Part shown: positions 55,371-64,000 of the stretch, in pieces
Layout: each line of letters opens with the position of its first letter
How positions within the stretch are numbered: position 1 is the first letter of the stretch
Origin: Planctomycetaceae bacterium
GTDB lineage: Bacteria; Planctomycetota; Planctomycetia; Pirellulales; Pirellulaceae
Length of the DNA: 64,000 nt
NCBI GenBank assembly: GCA_005778405.1
Contig: SXOA01000150.1
Coordinates: 1 to 64,000 of the forward strand
Direction: 5' to 3'
Translations under genes and position numbers: made by a program
The notes under the pieces: model-generated
What the model saw: the letters and a program-made list of their open reading frames with translations, nothing else
What the model was told of the DNA's origin: nothing
Database searches by the model: none

Positions 55371-55688
55371 ATGAAACGGTTCCTCTTCGCAGTGGCGGCG
55401 GTTGTGGCGCTGACGGTTGGCACTTCGGTCACCAACTCGGTAATGGCTCAAGGATATGGTCACGGGCATAGCCACGGGCATCATCATCACCACCACCATC
55501 ACGGCAGCAGCCATGGACCTCGTTATGGCGGTGGATACGGTGGCGGGCAGATCATCCTTCGCCCGAGGTATGGTTACGGTGGCTATGGCTCGGGATACGG
55601 CAACGGATGCCACACGGATTATCGATATGGCAACCACGGCGTCATCCAGATCTACGGCCCCCGCGGCGGGTTCACGTTCGGCTATTAA
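55371..55688 (+). CDS. small secreted His-rich / Gly-Tyr-rich protein (HGHSHGH-H8 and GYG repeats)
   Basis: RBS ggagattgg upstream of the ATG, a signal peptide, then QGYGHGHSHGHHHHHHHHGSSHGPRYGGGYGGG... Confidence 0.55.
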   Translation: MKRFLFAVAAVVALTVGTSVTNSVMAQGYGHGHSHGHHHHHHHHGSSHGPRYGGGYGGGQIILRPRYGYGGYGSGYGNGCHTDYRYGNHGVIQIYGPRGGFTFGY

Positions 55689-55811
55689 CCTGCCGATCGT
55701 GCCAGCGACTAAAAAGATCGTAGGGAGCGTCCGCAAACATGGCGGCAACGCAGTTGCTTTAGCGGCGCTTCCTGCTCTCGGACTAGAAGAGGCTCAAGCT
55801 CGTTCCGCGAA

Positions 55812-56210
55812 CTAATCCTCGTTGATCACCACGGTCGCGGCGCGTCCCCCCGTGCGGTGTCCGTGACCGCGGCGGCGGCGGATGGGGCCTTCCCCTTCCT
55901 GAAAGTAGTAGCCGCCGAGGAGTTTATAAAAGAAGAGGATGATGAAGGCTCCGCCGGTGGCCACGCAAAACCCGGCGGGGCTAATCGGCGTGATCAGGGT
56001 TTTTCCCGCGGAGAAGAAAGACAGAACGCCGCAGCCGATGATGGTCCCGCCGATCCCCATCGCCATCGTGGCGACGGCTCCACCGGGATCTTTCCCAGGC
56101 ATGATTGCCTTTGCTAGCAGTCCCGTCAGGGTTCCAAAACCGACCCATTCAAGGATGATCTTGGCCCAGTCGGTAATCTGCTGCATCAGTTCGGGTGAGT
56201 CCGCTGGCAT
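55812..56210 (-). CDS. GlsB/YeaQ/YmgE-family stress-response membrane protein
   Basis: ..GLLAKAIMPGKDPGG...GIGGTIIG.. matches the family consensus. The start is taken at the internal Met. Confidence 0.65.
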   Translation of the reverse strand: MPADSPELMQQITDWAKIILEWVGFGTLTGLLAKAIMPGKDPGGAVATMAMGIGGTIIGCGVLSFFSAGKTLITPISPAGFCVATGGAFIILFFYKLLGGYYFQEGEGPIRRRRGHGHRTGGRAATVVINED

Positions 56211-56416
56211 AGAATGCTCCGTCGTCTCCGGTCCACCAATCACGGGCGCAAGGCTGCGCGGCCAAGGAATCCGCGCCCTCGTATATCGGCAGATTTCCGT
56301 CTGAGACTTCGCTTGATTCTGAGGGTTAGGCAAAATGATAGAAGGCAAACTGATGAGAATTCCCTGAATCTGGTTTTCTCACTCTGGCTGCCATCAATCT
56401 GACTTCGCCACTCGCC

Positions 56417-57982
56417 CTACATTCGCCGCTTGATCACGAGCACGGTCATGTCCTCGGATTGGCTCGCCTGACCGCGGTCGAGAAGGCGACGGACCTTGGC
56501 CAGGATGCCGTCGGCGGTATCGCGGAGATTATTGCTGACCAGGGAAGCCAGGGCGAGCTCGCTAATTCGCAAGCCTCCTTCATCAACCGCGCTCTGGGCA
56601 CCTTCACTGAGGACAATCAGAAACTCTCCCGGATGCATTCGGCGCGAAAGAGTTTCAAAACGAGTCTCGGGATCGGTTCCCAGGGCCAGCGTCGTCGATT
56701 TCAACACCTCGCGGTCGCTTCGCCTTACATGAATCGCCGCGGCGGCTCCGGATAGTGATAGTTCGAGATGACCGTCAGCAGGGTTCAGCAGGCCATAGGC
56801 CAGGGAGGAGAACTGGTCGCCGGCGGAGGTTGTCCAGAGGGTTTCGTTTACCCGCGAGAGCAGTTGGGAAGGAGTGTGCTCGTAGGCGGCGTGAGACTTG
56901 ACGGCAGCTTGAACGGCGGCGGCTCCCAGGCCGGCTTCAATCAGCTTTCCCTGGGCATCCCCCAGCGAAATCGAGAGCCGTCCGTCCGCGAGGACGGACC
57001 AGTCATAGAAGTCTCCACCAATGTCGTCGGCTTGCAGCGTCCAACCCGCGACTTCGAAATCGTCCAGCAGCGGCGTGACATTCGGCAGGCGCGAGGCTTG
57101 CCAGCGAGCTGCGGATTCCAGGTGTTTTTCGCGGCTCTTCGATCGGGCTCCTTCGGTCAAGAGCATCTCGCGCTCCAGATCGGCGGCAATTCGCCCGGCG
57201 ATGATTTCCACCAGGTTGGTCTGTTCGCTGGTGAAGTCCCGGCTCGTTTCGGCGAACAGCCACAGCGTTCCCAGTGGCGTACTGCTGCCGCTGATGGGGA
57301 CACAGATTGCCGCGGGAAAATTCTCTGGACACTTCCAATGCGGAAGGATCGCGGTGTCTTCCAGCACGACCGCCTGGCCAACGAGGGCTTCCAGGTCAGC
57401 CATCGCTCCCCGGAGCGACCGGGCTGGTGCGAGCATTCGCTCGAGCGGCAGATTGTGCGCGGCCCTCAGTTTAAGAGTGGAAGTGGTTTCATCGAGCAAA
57501 TACAAACCGGCTGCCTGGCAACCGACGGCATCCGCCCCCCCCTTCAGAATCGCGGCCAATCGCACCGCCAGATGCTCGGCGTCGTCGGGCCGAACAGCAA
57601 CGGGTACTCCCGCGGCAAGCTCCGCTTCTCGCTCGAGGACGGCCCGCTGCAAGCGGGCTTTTTCGGATAGCAGATTGGCGATGGCGAGCGCCAGTGGACG
57701 TACCTGTTCCAGCGGCAGGCGAGAAGTTGCCGGCTCATCCGTCGGCAGCAGGGAAAGTACGGATTGCGGTTGGCCATCGGCGTTGTCAACGGGCGCGGAC
57801 CAGACTCTGCCCGCTTCCATTGCGGAGCGGCCAATCGTCAGTTCCCAACCGCTGACGAGGGAAAACGAGGCGGCCAGTTGCTCAAAGGTGCCTGCGAGCG
57901 CTGGAGATTTAGGAGCAGACTCGGTGGGGGCCGGAAGACTATCGTTGAGCAGACTCAAGGAACTGACGGATTTTTTGGTCAC
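56417..57982 (-). CDS. PP2C-type (SpoIIE/RsbU-like) serine phosphatase with an N-terminal GAF domain
   Basis: C-terminal PP2C-like block (..GDFYD...G...GDA.G.....) preceded by a GAF-like region. Confidence 0.65.
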   Translation of the reverse strand: MTKKSVSSLSLLNDSLPAPTESAPKSPALAGTFEQLAASFSLVSGWELTIGRSAMEAGRVWSAPVDNADGQPQSVLSLLPTDEPATSRLPLEQVRPLALAIANLLSEKARLQRAVLEREAELAAGVPVAVRPDDAEHLAVRLAAILKGGADAVGCQAAGLYLLDETTSTLKLRAAHNLPLERMLAPARSLRGAMADLEALVGQAVVLEDTAILPHWKCPENFPAAICVPISGSSTPLGTLWLFAETSRDFTSEQTNLVEIIAGRIAADLEREMLLTEGARSKSREKHLESAARWQASRLPNVTPLLDDFEVAGWTLQADDIGGDFYDWSVLADGRLSISLGDAQGKLIEAGLGAAAVQAAVKSHAAYEHTPSQLLSRVNETLWTTSAGDQFSSLAYGLLNPADGHLELSLSGAAAAIHVRRSDREVLKSTTLALGTDPETRFETLSRRMHPGEFLIVLSEGAQSAVDEGGLRISELALASLVSNNLRDTADGILAKVRRLLDRGQASQSEDMTVLVIKRRM

Positions 57983-58363
57983 GGCTTTAGTGCGGCTGGA
58001 GGAGACAGTCTTTCCTCCATGAGCATTGCAGCAGCGCCAAAGTCATCCCCAGGAAAACTCTTTTCGCTGTAGTACCATCTTCCGTGACCGGCATAGCTTC
58101 TCATCGGCAGTCCGGCAAACTGCCACGGAGCCGGAATACGAACTTTTGCGGCCTGGGCAAGAGAGTTAGGCAGCATTACCGGCAAATCAGGTTCAGACGT
58201 TCGGAAATTGCCTGCTCTTGCGGAACTGAAGCAGCCGTCGACTTTCACGGGAAAACCGGCAATCCCTTGAATTCCCCCTAGCAGTGGCTAAAATCGCAAG
58301 GGTCTCTTCTGGCTCATCGCCCAAGGGCATTTTTCTCTTTTTTTGAATTTGCTGAGGTGATCC

Positions 58364-59896
58364 GTGAACGGTCTGCGTTGCAAATTTGTTTTGGTGGCCA
58401 TATTTGGCCTGGCTACTTGCCCATTTGCTGTCCGAGCACAATTTGACGACCTCATCAAAAAGGTGCCGTCGTCCACGAACGCCATCGCGATTGTGAATAT
58501 GGAAAAGCTGATGGCCAGCCCCATCGCGATCAAGGAGAAGTGGGCGCAAAAGAGGGACAGTGCGTTTGCTTCCGGCGTTTCGTTCCTGCCCTCCGACACC
58601 AAGTTCGCTCTCCTTCCCATGCAACTGGAGCACGAAACATGGGTGCCGATGTGGGAGGCAGCCATCATGGAAATCGACCACGAGCCATCCCAGGCCAAGG
58701 CGGTCGCTTTGACAGGCGGAAAGGCCGACACCATTATCGGCCGCGAGGCAGTCGCCCTTCCCGGAAACGCTTATCTGGTCCGACTCGCCTCGAAAACCGT
58801 CGCGTTCATGGCCCCATCCAATCGCCAAGCGATGGCCCGCTGGATGAAGGAAATCGACAGCCGCACCGAAATGGGCCTTTCGCCCTATTTGACCCAAGCA
58901 TTTGGCTACGCCAACGACGTGGGGACGCCGATCATTTTGGCGATGGACTTGGAAGACGTCATTACGCCGGAGCATCTCACGGCCAGAATGGAAGAGGAGA
59001 AGGAGTTTCTCGCCAAGCACAAATTGAATCCTGCCGAGACGGCCGGGCTGTTGTCCACGATCCGCGGGATTACCTTGGGACTCGTCTTTTCAGACAAGAC
59101 CTCCGGAAAACTCCGGGTGGACTTCGGCACCGACGTCACGCTGGAGGCGGAAACGGCGAAGGCTGCACTGCTGCATGTGCTCGCCAAACGGGGCGTGATG
59201 ATTGATGAATTCGAAGAATGGAAGCCGGTTGTGAAGGGGAAGACGTTTTATTTGGAAGGTGCTATTGGCACAAGCGGGATGCAGCGTATCTCCAGCTTGT
59301 TCAACCGGCCCCCTTCGTTGAAGGTTCCGGAAATCACCCAAGAACAGAAAGTCATGACCAAAGAGGAGCAGATCGTCGCCTCCTCTCAAAACTATTTCAA
59401 GCAAATCAATAAGCTCTATAGCGACCTGCGGGCCCAAAAGGCGGGAAATTCCTCCTACACCATGCCGCAACTCGGCGTCTGGATGAGCAAGTATGCCGCC
59501 AAGATTGATCAGCTGTCTGTGCTCAATGTCGATCCGGAACTCATCGATTATGGTGCCAACGCCGCCGACTTGTTGCGCGGCGGGTACAACGCGATTCGCA
59601 CGAGCGCTGCCGACAATCGAGTCCGCCAGGTGAATACTCCCATGCAGTACAACTACTATTCGTACGGAAACACCTATGGCTACGCCTATAATGGCTACGG
59701 GGGGGGTGGGCCTGTTGGAAACTATGGCACCGTTGCGGTGGCGGATACTGCTGCCTATCGGCAAGCGAGAATTGCGATTCACGCGGAAGAACGGATCAAA
59801 GGGGGGACCCAGGCCCGCAGCAGTATTCAGGAGCTTGAGAAGGCTACCGCGGACATCCGCAAGAAGATGACCATCAAGTATCAAGTCGATTTCTAA
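58364..59896 (+). CDS. hypothetical secreted protein with a Tyr/Gly-rich segment near the C-terminus
   Basis: Signal peptide and plausible coding statistics. Confidence 0.4.
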   Translation: MNGLRCKFVLVAIFGLATCPFAVRAQFDDLIKKVPSSTNAIAIVNMEKLMASPIAIKEKWAQKRDSAFASGVSFLPSDTKFALLPMQLEHETWVPMWEAAIMEIDHEPSQAKAVALTGGKADTIIGREAVALPGNAYLVRLASKTVAFMAPSNRQAMARWMKEIDSRTEMGLSPYLTQAFGYANDVGTPIILAMDLEDVITPEHLTARMEEEKEFLAKHKLNPAETAGLLSTIRGITLGLVFSDKTSGKLRVDFGTDVTLEAETAKAALLHVLAKRGVMIDEFEEWKPVVKGKTFYLEGAIGTSGMQRISSLFNRPPSLKVPEITQEQKVMTKEEQIVASSQNYFKQINKLYSDLRAQKAGNSSYTMPQLGVWMSKYAAKIDQLSVLNVDPELIDYGANAADLLRGGYNAIRTSAADNRVRQVNTPMQYNYYSYGNTYGYAYNGYGGGGPVGNYGTVAVADTAAYRQARIAIHAEERIKGGTQARSSIQELEKATADIRKKMTIKYQVDF

Positions 59897-60271
59897 TTGT
59901 CGGGAAGCAATTATCGTTTGGCCCTGGCCCGCCTCCCCGACTTATCATGGGAGCGCGGGCCTTTCTGTTGCATGGCCAAACTCTTGCTCTCCCCTCTTTC
60001 GTGAATTGGACAACGCGTGAGAAAATCACTGAAGCGGCTGAAGGCCCTGGTTAAAAATCCCGCGACGCATTTGGTATCGGGTCTGGTGCTGGTTGTTTCC
60101 GGTATGGCAAAGGCGATTTACGATCTGCTGAGCGCAGAACAGTCCTTTCGCCTGGGTGTTCATCATGGCGTGGCGCTCTTCGGCCTGGTCCAGGTGCTGG
60201 GGAGTCAGCCCGAACGGATTAATGGGCTGGATTAGACCATGGAAGCAATCGAACAACGCCAGGAGTAAAGC

Positions 60272-61075
60272 ATGGTTTTTCCTTTAGGAGACGACAACCG
60301 CGACCGGACATCCTTTCCGGTGGTCAATGTGATTCTGATCGTTGCCAACGTGGCGGTCTTCCTGCTGTTACAAGGTTTTGGAACCAACGATTCGTTCACG
60401 CTCGCCTTTTCCGCGGTTCCGGCGGAAATCCTGTCCGGCCGCGATGTTGTGACGGAAGATCGGCAGGTTCAGGTTCAAGGCGTCAACGGGCCTGAGGTTT
60501 ACGTGATCCCTGGGCTCAAGCCGACCCCCATTCCAGTGTTCCTCACCCTGCTGACATCGATCTTCATGCACGGTGGATTGGCCCACATTGCTGGAAACAT
60601 GTGGTTCCTTTGGATTTTCGGCGACAACATCGAACAGGATCTGGGACGAGGTCGCTATCTCGTTTTCTATCTCATTTGCGGAATTCTAGCTTCGCTCGCG
60701 CATGTCTTTCTCAGCGCGTCGGGACCCTCGGCACAAATTCCCAGCCTGGGTGCATCCGGGGCCATTTCAAGCGTTATGGGAGCCTATTTGCTGTTGCATC
60801 CCAAACGCCGCGTGACGGTACTTGTCGTGCGGATGGTGATGGACGTGCCCGGCTACGTTGCGGTGGGCCTCTGGTTTCTGTTTCAAATCATCAGCGGCCT
60901 GGGAGTGCTGGGGGGCATGCAATCGGGAGTGGCCTACGGAGCGCACATCGGCGACTTTCTGGCGGGGTTGGCACTTGCCAAGCCCTTCATGCTGGGGAGA
61001 CCCCCAGGCATCGGCAGTCGCGAGAGTTATGGCAAGGTTCGCTGGGGGCGAGACGGGACGAACCGCGAAGAGTGA
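60272..61075 (+). CDS. rhomboid-family intramembrane serine protease
   Basis: GASGAISS catalytic Ser motif, a downstream His (AHIGDFLAGL), and 6-7 TM helices. Confidence 0.8.
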   Translation: MVFPLGDDNRDRTSFPVVNVILIVANVAVFLLLQGFGTNDSFTLAFSAVPAEILSGRDVVTEDRQVQVQGVNGPEVYVIPGLKPTPIPVFLTLLTSIFMHGGLAHIAGNMWFLWIFGDNIEQDLGRGRYLVFYLICGILASLAHVFLSASGPSAQIPSLGASGAISSVMGAYLLLHPKRRVTVLVVRMVMDVPGYVAVGLWFLFQIISGLGVLGGMQSGVAYGAHIGDFLAGLALAKPFMLGRPPGIGSRESYGKVRWGRDGTNREE

Positions 61076-61106
61076 CCTGGAATTGCCCATTCCATTATTG
61101 GAAGTA

Positions 61107-62366
61107 CTACCCACCTTTTCGCCAACGGATCGGATCCTCGCTACGAGTGTCAAAGTGGTGTGAGGGGATAATCGTTCGCGGCGCGAGGTGCTTCAGCAGA
61201 TAGTCGGCCGTACGCTGGCTGGCACCTCCCCCCGCGAAACGGCTGCGGAGGTCCTCGAGGCGGTGGATGACGGCCTGCCGGGAAGGTTCGTCGGTGAGCC
61301 ATCCGATGGCATGGCTCGCGATGGCAGCGGATTTGTCTCCGCACGTGGGATACTCCGGAAACACCACCTTTTCATTGCCGGGCAAGGCAGGATCGTACAG
61401 CCGGCGATCGGCGGGAAAGATCTCGTCCGCGGCCAGGAGATTTACGAGGGTCATGTACTTCACCCGGATGAACGGCAAAACGGCATAGTAGAGGAGTGGC
61501 GAAGTGCGATAGACCATCACCGCCGGCTTGGCATGATACAGAAGTTCGAGTGAAACGGAGCCGCTGCAGGCCAGGCAAACGTGGGCCGCGGAAATGAGCT
61601 CCGGGGTGCGGCCGACGTGAACTTCAAATGGAAGTTTGAGACGGGCAACTTGCCGGCGGGCAACATCGGCCTGTTTTTCGTTGTACGACGCGATCGCAAA
61701 TCGCACGTCCGGAACTTCTCGCATGATAAGCTGCGCGGCTTTCAACAGTGTTGGCAAGTTATACGCTATTTCCTGATTCCTCGACCCGGGCAGCAGCGTC
61801 ACCAGACGGCGATGGTCCTGTCCGCCGGAAAACTGTTGCACGAATCTCGCGTCCAGCTTTTGCGACCGCAATTCGTCGTAGTAAGGATGGCCCACATAAG
61901 TCGCGTGACAGCCCCGCTCACGGAGCCAGGCTTCTTCAAACGGCAACTTGCACAGCGCGTGGTCCACGGTTCGTTTGACTTTACTGACTCGCCACGGCAT
62001 CCACGCCCAAAGCTGCGGCAGTCCATAGTAGAAAACGGGAATGCCCTGAGCCTTGGCCCGCGCCGCGATATGCCAGTTAAAGCCAGGAAAGTCGATGAGA
62101 ACCACGGCATCGGGGCGCTGTTCGCGAAAATAGCGGTCGGCCCGAGCCTTGAGCGACAGGAACTTCGGCAGCCGGGCGAGCACCGGGCCAATCCCCATTA
62201 CCGCCAGCTCGGTCATATCTTGCAGCAGATCGCACCCAGCCGCCTGCATGCGAGGCCCGCCAAACCCTGCGAAGCCGAGCCCCGGTTTGCGGCGGCTCAA
62301 CTCGGTGATCAGGTTGGCCCCGTGCAAATCGCCGCTTGGCTCGCCGACGGAGAAAAACAGTTTCAT
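61107..62366 (-). CDS. lpxB: lipid-A-disaccharide synthase
   Basis: The N-terminal FFSVGEPSGDLHGANL block is diagnostic of LpxB. Confidence 0.85.
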   Translation of the reverse strand: MKLFFSVGEPSGDLHGANLITELSRRKPGLGFAGFGGPRMQAAGCDLLQDMTELAVMGIGPVLARLPKFLSLKARADRYFREQRPDAVVLIDFPGFNWHIAARAKAQGIPVFYYGLPQLWAWMPWRVSKVKRTVDHALCKLPFEEAWLRERGCHATYVGHPYYDELRSQKLDARFVQQFSGGQDHRRLVTLLPGSRNQEIAYNLPTLLKAAQLIMREVPDVRFAIASYNEKQADVARRQVARLKLPFEVHVGRTPELISAAHVCLACSGSVSLELLYHAKPAVMVYRTSPLLYYAVLPFIRVKYMTLVNLLAADEIFPADRRLYDPALPGNEKVVFPEYPTCGDKSAAIASHAIGWLTDEPSRQAVIHRLEDLRSRFAGGGASQRTADYLLKHLAPRTIIPSHHFDTRSEDPIRWRKGG

Positions 62367-62740
62367 GCAGACTTCATCCGTGAAGTGTAGGAGTCCATGC
62401 TGGCCGGAAAGACCGGCAAAAATCGAGGTTCGCCATTGTCGCAAATCTGGGACTTGCGACCTAGTTCGAATCGGGCCAGGTAGGGGCCGGCTCCTGCCAA
62501 AAAACCCAGTGATTGCCGCAAAATCTCCCTAAAGACGCGCAGGGATTCGAGCTTTTGGCTCAAAAAACCGCGAAATTCTCAAAAATCTGCGGCTTTTTGC
62601 CGATTTTTGCGTGTTTTTCCCGGCGGGGCCGTTGCATTTTATCGTGGAGAGATTCTAATCGCCAACCATCCGCATGGCGGAAAACAGCGTATTTTCACGT
62701 TTCATTCTCACCAAGGAACCTCACTAGGAGGGTGGCCACC

Positions 62741-63070
62741 ATGGCAAAGAAAGCTGCGAGTGCGAAGGCCCCGAGCAAATCGGAAGTGTACGCGAGCATC
62801 TCGGAGGCAACGGGCGTCTCCAAAAAGGATGTCGGCGCGGTTCTGGACGCAATGTCGGCCGAAATCGGCAAGGCACTGAGCAAAAAGGGCTCGGGCGCGT
62901 TTCAGATTCCCGGTCTGTGTAAGATTATCCGCGTCAACAAGCCTGCCCAGGCTGCCAAGAAGGGCGTTCCCAACCCCTTCAAGCCAGGCGAATTGATGGA
63001 CGTTGCCGCCAAGCCCGCCAAAAACGTCGTCAAGGTTCGGGCGCTGAAGAACCTGAAGTCGATGGTCTAA
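62741..63070 (+). CDS. HU/IHF-family DNA-binding protein with a Lys/Ala-rich N-terminal tail
   Basis: RBS aggagg upstream of the ATG. The core (..ASISEATGVSKKDVGAVLDAMSAEIGKAL..) and the arm region match the HU fold. Confidence 0.75.
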   Translation: MAKKAASAKAPSKSEVYASISEATGVSKKDVGAVLDAMSAEIGKALSKKGSGAFQIPGLCKIIRVNKPAQAAKKGVPNPFKPGELMDVAAKPAKNVVKVRALKNLKSMV

Positions 63071-63104
63071 GACAGCACTTGTGCTGCTTGAAACCTCAAT
63101 TCAT

Positions 63105-63143
63105 GGGCCTCCCGTCCTCGCGACGCGGAGGCCCTTATTTTTT
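63105..63143 (+). terminator. intrinsic terminator (gggcctcc...ggaggccc + TTATTTTTT) downstream of the HU gene
   Basis: GC-rich hairpin followed by a T-run. Confidence 0.55.
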
Positions 63144-63232
63144 GAAATGTCGAAATTCGAATGACGTATGGCGAATGAGGTCGACCTTCTTACCCTAGAA
63201 TTCGTCATTTAGAATTCGAATTTCGACATTTT
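63144..63232. repeat. ~23-bp inverted repeat (gaaatgtcgaaattcgaatgacg / cgtcatttagaattcgaatttcgacattt) with a ~37-nt spacer, immediately upstream of the next gene's start
   Basis: Near-perfect inverted repeat seen in the sequence. It also contains internal ttcgaa palindromes. Confidence 0.5.
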
Positions 63233-63241
63233 CCTCGCCCT

Positions 63242-63871
63242 ATGGCTGATCGCCCGACGGAAATCTTTCGCGCCGCCAATAGCCAGCACGCTCAGATGCT
63301 GCGCCAATTGCTCGAAGAGCGGGGAATCAGGTCGTACGTCGTCAACGAAATCCAGACAGCCGGAGGTGAGTTGCCGCTCGGCTGGGTGGCGGCTCCGAGA
63401 ATTCTGGTCGCAGAGGAAGATGCGGTGAAGGGCCGGCTCATCGCCGAGCAGTTTGACGCTGTGTTGCGTGACGGGCGTGACATCGCCACAGAAGATTTTG
63501 AATTTGCGGATGCCAACTGGACCGACTGGCCGAACTGTCCAGGTTGCCAACAGCGCCGCGAGGTGCGCTGCAACGTCTGCGGCAGCCGGGGGAGCAAATT
63601 TTCGCTGGCGGACCTGATTGAAGAGGGGGGCCGCACCCAGGTCTTGCTCTTCTGCGACACCTGCGACGACCATTTTCGCCCGCAGTTCTTTCGCACTTGC
63701 CATCACTGCGGCCACGATTTCGGCAGCGGCATCACCCCCGAGCCGGTGCAGCAACCGATCGAGCTGCCGGAAAACACTCGCCGCACCTGGCTGGTCGCCG
63801 CGGGACTGATCGCATTTGCTGCCGCCGTCTGCGGCTATTTTTACTGGCTGGTAACCACGCGACCGAATTGA
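63242..63871 (+). CDS. DUF2007-like N-terminal domain + Cys-rich zinc-ribbon region + C-terminal TM anchor protein
   Basis: CPGCQQRREVRCNVCGS...CDTCDDHF...CHHCGHDFG, and a C-terminal hydrophobic helix. Confidence 0.4.
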   Translation: MADRPTEIFRAANSQHAQMLRQLLEERGIRSYVVNEIQTAGGELPLGWVAAPRILVAEEDAVKGRLIAEQFDAVLRDGRDIATEDFEFADANWTDWPNCPGCQQRREVRCNVCGSRGSKFSLADLIEEGGRTQVLLFCDTCDDHFRPQFFRTCHHCGHDFGSGITPEPVQQPIELPENTRRTWLVAAGLIAFAAAVCGYFYWLVTTRPN

Positions 63872-64000
63872 AAGATCAGGGAGAGTATGTCCCGCGAGGG
63901 CTGCTCGATTACAATTAAGGAATGGATCGCTCGCTCTCTCCCAAATTCTGCCGCAAGGACGCTTATGCGTATTTTGTGCAGCAGTTGCCGATTCTAGCGA

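Noticed and set aside
60017-60235. 72-aa ORF upstream of the rhomboid gene
   Set aside because: It has one plausible TM helix but no RBS and no conservation evidence available. It is too weak to call.

Overview
This is a high-GC (~60-65%) bacterial chromosomal window with gene content typical of Planctomycetota. It has a PSCyt/DUF1549/DUF1553 + DUF1501 gene pair, a second DUF1501 protein, an ECF sigma factor next to a Ser/Thr kinase, a long YidC, multiheme cytochromes and DUF1080. Housekeeping genes include rnc, purB, glpD, punA-like PNP, tsaB, lpxB, an HU protein, a rhomboid protease, csrA, RNase III, D-2-hydroxyacid dehydrogenase and creatininase.

The most striking structure is a dense, single-strand array of about 19 tRNA genes in ~1.8 kb (3506-5297). 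It follows an intrinsic terminator and an AT-richer stretch. It covers 17 amino acids, and several members look non-canonical by eye. A partial tRNA sits at the window start. A separate tRNA-Cys at 10454 is followed by a tRNA-like pseudo-element.

Other notable features:
- A REP-associated tyrosine transposase (RAYT, IS200-like) flanked by three copies of a double-hairpin REP.
- Two conserved enzymes (PNP and an alpha/beta hydrolase) each carry an in-frame GA-rich/CT-rich palindromic low-complexity insertion.
- A bshB-bshA-like deacetylase/GT4 pair with an adjacent sulfotransferase and a distant BshC-like gene, suggesting low-molecular-weight thiol biosynthesis.
- A cluster of three zinc-ribbon proteins.
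- A double-length CsrA homologue.
- A GRDP-like/TIGR04222 membrane protein ending in a poly-Gly/Cys tail.
- A small secreted His-rich/Gly-Tyr-rich protein.

No CRISPR array, integrase or obvious prophage was found. All folds and assignments were made by eye from the sequence and the ORF track.
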